A stretch of DNA of 64,000 bases, taken from NCBI GenBank assembly GCA_963796285.1, contig CAWCKW010000012.1, positions 1,888,001 through 1,952,000 of the forward strand, given 5' to 3'. Positions 10,925 to 19,266 of the stretch are shown here, piece after piece. A program made the position numbers and the translations under genes. Source of the DNA: Nitrospirota bacterium. Lineage in GTDB: Bacteria; Nitrospirota; UBA9217. The notes beneath the pieces were generated by a model that worked only from the letters and a program-made list of their open reading frames with translations, was not told the origin of the DNA and did not search any database. Position 1 is the stretch's first letter. Each line of letters starts with the position of its first letter.

Positions 10925-10961
10925 GCACGGGTACGGCGCCCGTGCGACGCCGTACCCGTGC
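10925..10961. repeat. REP-like 14-bp hairpin downstream of actP
   Basis: GCACGGGTACGGCG / CGCCGTACCCGTGC perfect stem. Confidence 0.6.
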
Positions 10962-10987
10962 TTCCGGACACCTTCGTGCTTTGCTGT

Positions 10988-12780
10988 CTATTCCGCGCCG
11001 ATCCCGATATACTCACGGACCTTCACGCCAGCGAACTTGTCCTCCGCTTCCTTCTCGGGCTTCATGAGCGAGACGAGAATGCCATCAGGAATGCCGCGCC
11101 CATTGAAAAGATACCGGGGTTTTTCATGGGGAAGATCGGCTGGGGCATCCTGGATGCCGCGTCCTTCTTTTTCGCGGCCAGTGCATCTTTTTCCGCGGCC
11201 TTCGCCGTCATGGACGCCTGAAGCCCTGCGTTCTTATTTTCCGCTGCAGCCTTTTCCTTCTTCTTCATATTCGCGATTGCGGCATCGCGGGAACGATTTG
11301 TTTCTGCAGCGTCAGCGATCTGCGCATCAATTCCGCCCACGGCAGTGTCGATTTCCTTGATCTGCGCCTGGACTTTATCCACATCATCCTTATGCACGAT
11401 GTCAACCCAGACCGTGGGGCTGAGGATGATAAGAAGCGTGGCGACGATCAGTCCGGTGTAGATGCTGGTCACCGCACCCGCGGTCGTGAACTTTTTCCAC
11501 ATGATGGACAGAAGCAATGCGGGGAAATTGGCGCTCGCGGCGATCGCAAAGGTCAGACCGACCAGGAACGCGACGTTCTTGACCCTTGAAGAAGATGCCG
11601 AGCAGGATCGCGCATGATGCCGAGGCCGACGGTGGCGATCTTGGCGACCTTTACTTCTTCCTTCTCATTCGCAACACCGCGACGGATCACACCGACATAG
11701 AGGTCATGCGACAGGGCGGACGCGCCCGCGAGCGTGAGACCGGAAACCACTGCAAGGATCGTAGCAAAAGCGACTGCCGACAGGAACCCGAGAAAGATGT
11801 TTCCGCCGAGCACCTCGGCAAGCATCGGGCCCGCCATGTTGCCGCCCTTGTCAATGGCCATAATGGCCTTCTGGCCCACGAGCACGGCGGCGCCGAAGCC
11901 GATGGTCACGGTAAGGATGTAGAAGTAGCCGATGAACCCGGTTGCCACGAACACGGACTTTCTCGCCTGCTTCGCGTCGGGCACCGTGTAAAATCGCATA
12001 AGGATATGCGGGAGGCCGGCCGTACCGAACATGAGGGCAAGGCCGAGCGAGAATGCTTCAAGGGGGCTGGATATCGAGTCCGCCCGGTTCGAGGAACTTC
12101 TGGCTGCCGGCGTGGCAGCGGCTGCCTGGTTGAAGAGCTCACCATAGCTGAAGCCGAACTTGGCGAGGGTCATGATCACAAGCAGTCGTTGCGCCGCCCA
12201 GAAGCAGTCCGGCCTTGATGATCTGAACCCACGTCGTGGCGATCATGCCGCCGAACAGCACGTAGGAGATCATGAGCGTGCCGGTGACCACGATGGCAAG
12301 TTCAAAGGGAAGGCCGAACATGAGCTTGATCAGCGTACCGGCGCCGACCATCTGCGCGATCAGGTAGGTCAGGACGACCACGATCGAGCCGGCTGCAGCC
12401 GCCGCACGAATGGGCCGCTGCTGAAGGCGGAAGGCGACGACGTCGGCAAACGTGTACTTGCCGAGGTTCCGGAGCGGTTCCGAGATCAGGAACATGATGA
12501 TCGGCCATCCCACGAGCCAGCCCACGGAATAGATGAGGCCGTCGTAGCCTTTGGTCGACACGAGGCCGGCGATCCCGAGGAATGACGCGGCGCTCATGTA
12601 ATCGCCCGCAAGGGCAAGTCCGTTCTGGAAGCCGGTGATGCTCCTGCCTGCTGCATAAAAATCCTTTGTGGTCCTTGTCCGTTTTGCCGCCCAGTACGTA
12701 ATACCGAGGGTAATGAGCACGAACACAACGAAGAACATGATCGCAACGGGGTTTGCCTGTCCAATGATTGTCTGATGCAT
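10988..12780 (-). CDS. actP: cation/acetate symporter ActP (SSS family), multiple frameshifts
   Basis: Pieces 12139..12780, 11553..12179, 11062..11517 and a tail to TAG 10988. Motifs [80 protein letters not shown]. At least 6 single-base indels inferred. Confidence 0.88.
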
Positions 12781-12782
12781 GG

Positions 12783-13096
12783 TTATCCTCCCACCTTTTC
12801 TTTGACTTTGTTGACCAGCACATCATACTTGGTGTTCGCCCACCAGATATAGATCCCGGTAAACACCCAGGACAATACGATCGTGCCGACCGCAATGGGG
12901 ATCCCGATCGTGGTGGCCGACGCCCTCGGAGAGCTTCTGCGCCAGGAACGGCTTGTTGAACGCGATCAGGCCGATGAACCCGAAATAGAGCACCAGCTCC
13001 AGGACCGTCAGAATGGTCGAAATGATGAACTTTCTGTCTGGACAGCTCTTTGAAATCCGGGTCATTCAAGATGTCTTCGTGTTTTAACTTGGCCAT
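12783..13096 (-). CDS. DUF485 (YjcH-like) small membrane partner of ActP, frameshifted
   Basis: Reconstructed across two shifts: [18 protein letters not shown]…[17 protein letters not shown]…[31 protein letters not shown]. Sits directly upstream of actP. Confidence 0.8.
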
Positions 13097-13132
13097 GTTT
13101 CATCCTCCTTTTGTTTGTTATACTTGGAATTT

Positions 13133-13912
13133 CTAAAAATTACTGAACTCCCCTGATAATCTGAACCGATCACCCCCTTTGAATGGCGTCCCTATCTTAA
13201 GCAGATCACCAATGTCCTTCGCTCCAGCCTCGGTCAGCAGCGGGAGAAACCTCTGGAACAGCTGCGCCGTGGCAAAAGCGTCCATGATCGCATTGTGCGC
13301 TCCGGACGCCGGGATACCGAAACATTCGCTGATCTCGGAGAGCCGGCACTCCCCGACCAGCGTTGCAACAGTGTCGCGGCACTTCTGGCGTTTCCGGAGC
13401 CATTCGTAAATACTGAACGTATCCAGGACGGCGTTCGGAAGTGCATGCCCGCGAAGCCGCTTCATCTCCCGGTTCAGAAATGCAAGGTCGATAGAGATGA
13501 AATGCCCCACGAGCACATCGGTGCCGCAAAATTCGAGGAACTCGGCCAGCACCGGCTCGATCACCGGTGATGCGGCTACCTCCGACGGCATGATCTCGTG
13601 GATGACCACGCTTGCGGCCGTCAATTCCGTCCGCGGGCTTACGAGGCGGTAGAAGGTTTCACCGAGGTCGATCCTGCCTCCTGTCATGCGCATTGCACCG
13701 ACGGAAACGATGGAATCCTTGTTCTCGTCGAGCCCGGTGAGTTCCGTGTCGATCGCCACGTAGCGTACTTCGGTGATCGGCGTTTTACTGTCGAGCCCCG
13801 GCTTTTTGTTCCTTCCGAACAGGTTGACCATCAGGTTCACCGATCTCGCCGGCATACGCCAGCGACCGGCATTCCGCCTTCTGACATCCGCATCCCGCAT
13901 TCCAACTCTCAC
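13133..13912 (-). CDS. DEDDh 3'-5' exonuclease (DNA polymerase III epsilon-like)
   Basis: VAIDTELTGLD, VGHFISID, LDT, HNAIMDA. The true start may be ATG 13831. Confidence 0.88.
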   Translation of the reverse strand: MRVGMRDADVRRRNAGRWRMPARSVNLMVNLFGRNKKPGLDSKTPITEVRYVAIDTELTGLDENKDSIVSVGAMRMTGGRIDLGETFYRLVSPRTELTAASVVIHEIMPSEVAASPVIEPVLAEFLEFCGTDVLVGHFISIDLAFLNREMKRLRGHALPNAVLDTFSIYEWLRKRQKCRDTVATLVGECRLSEISECFGIPASGAHNAIMDAFATAQLFQRFLPLLTEAGAKDIGDLLKIGTPFKGGDRFRLSGEFSNF

Positions 13913-15846
13913 CAGATAAGCGACTTGTACAGCTCTATGATCAGGGCCTGGATCTTCTCGACAAGCTGGAATGCCTCTTTGATCGACCGCTTCTCGAGGT
14001 TGCTCAACCGGTTCGGATTGATGAAGTTATCGGGCGCCTGCCCCGAGCTGACCTGGGTGTATTGATGATGGATACGGAGGAGCGTGATGAACTCGAAGGC
14101 CTGCTCCAGGTCGTCGGCATATTCCTCGACGATGGTATGTTTGCTCTTCAGCGTCTCGATCCGTTCCATGGTGGAGGTCTCGCGGATACCCTTCTCGAGC
14201 GCAAATAGCCGAAGGATGTCCACGAGAGGCGCGAGGCCTTTGATCTTGAGGTTCAGTTCGTCCTTGTGCGCCCCTCCCTTGTCCACAACAAATGACTTGA
14301 AGAACCCGATGGGCGGCTGGTTCTTGATCGCCATGTTCGCCACATACCCGAGGAACACCTTCTGGTCCTTGAGGAGCTCGATCAGATGGTCTCGGAGCGC
14401 TTCGGCCAGGGAGGTCTCTCCGTACATCGGCCGAAAGTCAAAGAAGGCCACGGAATTGAGCACGGCATCCGGCGTAGGCGTCGAGATCCAGGTGGAGAAA
14501 TATTTTTTCCAGACCTTGAGCGGCTGGCACCACTGGGGATTGCTCGCCATATAGTTTGCCGGGCAGGGCGGGAACCCGCACAGGAGCAGGCTGTCCCTTA
14601 CAAACTCGGCAAAGGCGGAGAAATATTTTTTCGCGGCTTCCGCCTCGGCCTCGCTCGCCGGATCGGCAGTGATGATGGCGTTGTCCTGATCGGTCTTGAA
14701 GGTCTGCTCCTTGCGGCCTTCGCTCCCATACCCGATCCAGCAGTAGGCAAGCGGCGGCTTGCCATGCTTCCGCTCGGCGCATTCAAGGACTTTGCGCACG
14801 AGCCGGTCATTGATCTCGGTGATGACCATGGTGATGTTGCTCGCCTTGGCCCCTTCCTTGAGCAAAAGCCCGACAATGCCGTTGATCTTCTTCGAGACGG
14901 GAATGAGCCCTTCGATGGTCTGCTGGCTCTCGATGTCCTTGGTGAGCGACAGCGGCGAGGTGCCCTGGAGCATCATCATGTCGTGGTTGGTGATCACCCC
15001 CGTGAGCTTCCCGTCCCTGATCACGAGGATGTGGTGGATATTGTACTTGATCATCTTGAGCACGGCCTCGAAGCAATAGTCCCGCGCATCGACGCGGATC
15101 AGTGATGTGCTCATGATGTTCTTGACCGGCTCATCGACGTTTCGGCCCTTTGCAACGACCTTTTCACGAAAGTCCCGGTCGGTCACCATGCCTGTCGGCA
15201 GGCTGTTGCGGTCCCTGACCACGATCGAACTGATGCGATGCTCGGACATGATCCGCGCCGCTTCCCGGATCGTCGTGTCCTCGTGCGTGGAAACGACATC
15301 CTTGACAGCCATGTCTCCCACCCGGGTCGTGAACAGCAGGCGGTCGCTCCCGCCGTAGAACATGCTCTTGTCCTGCATCTCGCGGTAGGTTTTATCGATG
15401 TAACGCGTGATATGGGATTTAAGGAAAAATTCAGTGAAGGACAGGTTGGAATCGAGCAGCTTTAATACCATCTCTTTGCCCAGGAGGTAACAGATCGTGT
15501 CCTCGACGGCCACGACGTTGGTTCGCACCCGGTCTTTGCCAACCATGGACAAGAACCCAAAGGTATCCCCGTCTCCCCGGTAATCCATGATCGCCTCGCC
15601 GCCGTCATCCGAAACAAGAACGAGCTTCACGCCGCCCTTTTTGATGATACGGAGTGCGTCACTCGGTGACCCATCCTGCCGCTGGATCACCATGTCCTTG
15701 GGATAGAACTCCATGGACAGATTCCGGGCAACAGCCTGGAGGTCAGTCTCACTAAGGAACTGGAACGGCGGGACCTTCTTCAGGAAGGCAACCGCGTCTT
15801 CAAGGATAATGTTGCTGCCATGATTCGGCACCTTGGTGGAGTTCAT
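13909..15846 (-). CDS. cNMP-binding / CBS-pair / DUF294 nucleotidyltransferase-like signal protein (COG2905)
   Basis: FLKKVPPFQFL (cNMP), GMVTDRD (CBS), GSEGRKEQTFKTDQDN (NTase), GFPPCPANYMASNP, FFDFR, NLKIKGLAPLVD. Confidence 0.92.
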   Translation of the reverse strand: MNSTKVPNHGSNIILEDAVAFLKKVPPFQFLSETDLQAVARNLSMEFYPKDMVIQRQDGSPSDALRIIKKGGVKLVLVSDDGGEAIMDYRGDGDTFGFLSMVGKDRVRTNVVAVEDTICYLLGKEMVLKLLDSNLSFTEFFLKSHITRYIDKTYREMQDKSMFYGGSDRLLFTTRVGDMAVKDVVSTHEDTTIREAARIMSEHRISSIVVRDRNSLPTGMVTDRDFREKVVAKGRNVDEPVKNIMSTSLIRVDARDYCFEAVLKMIKYNIHHILVIRDGKLTGVITNHDMMMLQGTSPLSLTKDIESQQTIEGLIPVSKKINGIVGLLLKEGAKASNITMVITEINDRLVRKVLECAERKHGKPPLAYCWIGYGSEGRKEQTFKTDQDNAIITADPASEAEAEAAKKYFSAFAEFVRDSLLLCGFPPCPANYMASNPQWCQPLKVWKKYFSTWISTPTPDAVLNSVAFFDFRPMYGETSLAEALRDHLIELLKDQKVFLGYVANMAIKNQPPIGFFKSFVVDKGGAHKDELNLKIKGLAPLVDILRLFALEKGIRETSTMERIETLKSKHTIVEEYADDLEQAFEFITLLRIHHQYTQVSSGQAPDNFINPNRLSNLEKRSIKEAFQLVEKIQALIIELYKSLIW

Positions 15847-16400
15847 GGTAAATAACTAGCAAAACAAAGACCATATTTAAGAATTTTGCAAATCAGTCTC
15901 GATTTTTTTTAATTCGAATTATGCATGCCAACCGTCTTACACAATGTAGAGGAAACGCTGAGTTTTGCTTTTGTTGTGGTGGGTGGGGTGGGGACATAAT
16001 AATTTCGTAAAATCAATATGTTTTTATCGTGGTCTTCGTGGTATGTGCCAAAAAGTGCAGCCAATTGCGTTGTGGTGCATAATTGCAATTAGTAGAAGAT
16101 TTCACTTTATAAATAATGACTTAAAAAATTGTTCAGGGCAAATTCATAAGAGGTCATCATATACTGAAGTGTAGTCATCACATTCGTAACAAATAGTGAC
16201 ATTGTGGCGCGCAATCAGGCTACGAAAAGTAACTCTGAGATAGCGGCCAATAATTTCACGGGGTATGACAGAACCGGGAAGGCTTTTGGAAAAGGGCAAA
16301 ACTTTGGCTGGTGAGATCGTGTAACTACAACGCAATGTACCTAGAGAGCGACGTCCTGTTTTCGGTTCAATTTGTTGGGCTTTATAAGCAGCATTCTGCC

Positions 16401-16796
16401 CTACCTGCTTTTCCTTTTAGCGTTCCGTACCCGATACAGCCTCTCTGTAAAACCTCCCTCGGTTTCAAAAGCCTTGCTTGAGCCGCAAGCTGACGGTCGA
16501 GCAAGTAACAGCACAAGTTCAAAAGCGAAAGCGCGGCATTAGCCACCAGCGTAGAGTCTGACACAGACCGACACGGACCTGCACTGACAGACACTGACGC
16601 TTGAGTTTTGACTCTTCTTTCCGTGCCAGTCCCTGTCCGTCCATGTTCGTCAGTGTGCTCGTTCCTGTCTTTGTGCTTTTGCTCCTCCGCCACCCATGCC
16701 CGCACATCCTCCATAGAGGCACAACGCTTCGCCTTGAAGCGCTTGAGAGCTGGGTGGTCCGGCTCCCACATGGGCAGCTCACGCTGCCGCAGACTG
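16401..16796 (-). pseudogene. 3' remnant of a four-helix-bundle (suffix-domain) protein gene
   Basis: LRQRELPMWEPDHPALKRFKA…LVANAALSLLNLCCYLLDRQLAAQA, then after a 1-nt shift AFETEGGFTERLYRVR…TAG. The 5' half is absent and the remnant abuts the TPR gene stop. Confidence 0.7.
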
Positions 16797-17393
16797 CTAC
16801 TTACTTGCTTTATATTTTTTTATGATCATGTTCACCGATTTTCCGGCGTCGCGCTTCAGCCAGAACACACAGAAGATCGCCGACGCGATCACTACTGCAG
16901 CGAGGCCTCGTTCGCCCCGCTGGATCATCGCGATCGCACCGCTGAGCAAAAAGATCATGAAACCGAGAGGAATTAATATTTTTGAAAGGACCTCCTTGAC
17001 CGGTGACAGGTTCCGGTAACATTCCCGCGCATCGTCAGGCCTGCCCATTTTTTCGTACAGCTCTCCCAAACCGTACCACAACAGATTGTTCTGGGGGTCC
17101 GCTTTGGTCACCCGCTCATAATAGATGAGCGCCCGGTTGGGGTCGATGTCATGCAGCTGCACGGCAAGCCGGCTCCAGAGGGTGTACCGGTTCCCCGATC
17201 GGGCGTAATGCTGTTCCGCGGCATCGCCTCTTCCCGTCTCTTCGAGGATCACCGCCTTCATGAACTGCCCACGGTGAAAATCCGGATGAGAAACAAGAAG
17301 CATGTCCACCGCCTTCTCGGCAGCGTCATATTCCTTTTTTTCATAATGCCCTAAGATCATGTTTAGCAGTTTGCTGATGGATTCCATGTTCAT
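16797..17393 (-). CDS. tetratricopeptide-repeat protein with two C-terminal TM helices
   Basis: TPR pattern (ALIYYERV…DPQNNLLWYGLGELYEKMGRPDDARECY); hydrophobic C-terminal pair. Confidence 0.75.
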   Translation of the reverse strand: MNMESISKLLNMILGHYEKKEYDAAEKAVDMLLVSHPDFHRGQFMKAVILEETGRGDAAEQHYARSGNRYTLWSRLAVQLHDIDPNRALIYYERVTKADPQNNLLWYGLGELYEKMGRPDDARECYRNLSPVKEVLSKILIPLGFMIFLLSGAIAMIQRGERGLAAVVIASAIFCVFWLKRDAGKSVNMIIKKYKASK

Positions 17394-17426
17394 CCCCCCG
17401 ATCTATTACCCGTAATGTCAAAATCG

Positions 17427-17556
17427 AACCACAGAGTTCGCAGAGAACGATAAGCCCTAACAACAGAGCTCACAGAGTTTTTTGCATATTTAAAATATTT
17501 TTTCTCAGTGTTCTCTGCCTGCACCCGCGTTTCGTAAGAGCAAAGGGTGTGGTTAA
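17427..17556. repeat. REP-like palindromic element (AACCACAGAG…CTCTG-TGGTT) with a 30-bp insert in its right arm
   Basis: Left arm AACCACAGAGTTCGCAGAG; right arm CTCAGTGTTCTCTG[CCTGCACCC…AAAGGG]TGTGGTT. Confidence 0.55.
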
Positions 17557-17562
17557 ATCTTG

Positions 17563-17664
17563 CCTGCGCCCAGCGTTTACGAGTGGAACCGTAGCCTGCT
17601 CTTGCCTGTGGCCGCGATATGGCTACAGCAGGCTACGAAAACGCGGCCATAAACGAGTGTAGGG
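17563..17664. mobile_element. MITE-like palindromic dispersed repeat, copy A
   Basis: CCTGCGCCCAGCGTTT…AAACGAGTGTAGGG flanked by TG on both sides; near-identical copy at 54329..54399; internal IR CGTAGCCTGCT/AGCAGGCTACG. Confidence 0.65.
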
Positions 17665-17791
17665 TGTGGCTTCATTTTTCATCCCCTTGTTTCATAAAAC
17701 TTTTGACACTACCCTGTTGCCAACTCTTGTGAATCCGGCAGAGCGGCCGCCCACCCTGCTCTGTTTGATCGTCAATTGCGTTACGCGCGAC

Positions 17792-19144
17792 CTACCGCTC
17801 CCTCGGCATCCCCCACTTCCTTCTCTTCTCCCAGAGTGATTTTCTGGTGATCCCGAGCATATCGGCCAGCTGCTGTTCGTTGTACTCGGTCTGAAACCGC
17901 AGGATGAACGCCTTGGTGTAATCCTCGATCGTAAGTTTCTTTTCAAAGACGTCGCGCTGGAACGTCGTCTCGGACCGCACACCGACTGACAGGTGCTCCG
18001 GCAGAATGCTGTCGCCGTCGGAGATCAGAATGGCCCGCTCGATCACATTCTGGAGCTCTCGCACGTTCCCGGACCACCGGTACTGCCGCATGAGGTCCAT
18101 GGCCTCGGGAGAGATGTTCTTGACCTGCTTTCCTACTTCGCGTGCATAGCGGGCGAGGTAGTGACGGGAGAGCGCAGCGATGTCCTCCGTTCTCTCCCGA
18201 AGGGGCGGGATCTGCAGGGAGATCACGTTGATCCGGTAATACAGGTCTTCGCGGAAGGCCCCCTCCCGCACGGCCGCGTTCAGGTCCCGGTTCGTCGCGG
18301 TGACGAACCGGATGTCGACCTTCGAACCTTTGGTGCTGCCCACCGGCCTGATCACCTGGTCCTCGATCACCCGGAGCAGTTTTGCCTGGAGGGACAGGCT
18401 CATGTCGCCGATCTCATCCAGAAAGACCGTGCCGCCTTCGGCCTCCTCGAGGATGCCCTTTTTGGTCGCCACGGCGCCGGTAAAAGCGCCGCGCACATGG
18501 CCAAAAAGCTCGGTTTCCAGAAGGGTTTCGGGGATGGCCGAACAGTTGATCGGTACGAAGGGCTTGTCACGTCGCGAGCTGTTGTGATGGATGACCCGCG
18601 CGAAAAGCTCCTTGCCCGTCCCCGTTTCTCCAAGGAGGAGCACCGTGCTTTTCGCGTCTGATATCTTCCTCACTTCATCGATGATCGTCCTGAGCGCGTC
18701 GCTCTCTCCGATGATGCTGCTGAAATCGTGGTCCTGGCCTACCGCCCGCTTCAGCAACACGTTCTCCGCCTCAAGGCTCTTCTGCCGGAGCGCGTTCCGA
18801 ACGATCTGCTTGATTTCCTCGTGGATGATCGGCTTCATGATATAATCGTAAGCGCCCGCCCTGAGCGCCTTGACCGAGGTGTCCAGAGACGCATAGGCCG
18901 TGACGACGATGAAGATCTGGTCCGGCACCTGTTCGCGGATCTTGATGAGCAGTTCGATCCCGTCCATGCCCGGCAGGATGATATCGGAAATGATCACGTC
19001 GTAAACGCCGGTTTCGAGCAGGGAGAGCGCCTGCTCCGCTGACTCCGCTCCGTCCGCAACAAATCCCTCTTTGGCGAAAATGCGCTTGATGGACTCCCTC
19101 AGCGTCTCTTCGTCTTCCACGATCAAAATATTTCTCGACATCAT
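17792..19144 (-). CDS. sigma-54-dependent response regulator (NtrC/CbrB family)
   Basis: REC (ILIVEDE, SDIILPGMDG), GETGTGKE, ELFGHVRGAFTGA, FLDEIG, FREDLYYRIN, WSGNVRELQN, Fis-type HTH. Confidence 0.95.
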   Translation of the reverse strand: MMSRNILIVEDEETLRESIKRIFAKEGFVADGAESAEQALSLLETGVYDVIISDIILPGMDGIELLIKIREQVPDQIFIVVTAYASLDTSVKALRAGAYDYIMKPIIHEEIKQIVRNALRQKSLEAENVLLKRAVGQDHDFSSIIGESDALRTIIDEVRKISDAKSTVLLLGETGTGKELFARVIHHNSSRRDKPFVPINCSAIPETLLETELFGHVRGAFTGAVATKKGILEEAEGGTVFLDEIGDMSLSLQAKLLRVIEDQVIRPVGSTKGSKVDIRFVTATNRDLNAAVREGAFREDLYYRINVISLQIPPLRERTEDIAALSRHYLARYAREVGKQVKNISPEAMDLMRQYRWSGNVRELQNVIERAILISDGDSILPEHLSVGVRSETTFQRDVFEKKLTIEDYTKAFILRFQTEYNEQQLADMLGITRKSLWEKRRKWGMPRER

Positions 19145-19266
19145 AACCTCGTTAGCACTGGTATCCGCAGATTCCGCGGCTGTAGAAAAAACGTCCTGCT
19201 TCGTTATTTCCCAACGCAATCGTTTCCTGTTTGGACCTTATATCTGCGCGATCTGCGGACAAGCCT

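Noticed and set aside
15850-16380. sigma54 promoter for the DUF294-actP-acs operon
   Set aside because: The TGGCAT and TGGCAC candidates lack GC at the required GG-N10-GC spacing.
16401-16796. Diversity-generating retroelement (Avd-like fold)
   Set aside because: No reverse transcriptase or TR/VR repeat pair seen in the window.
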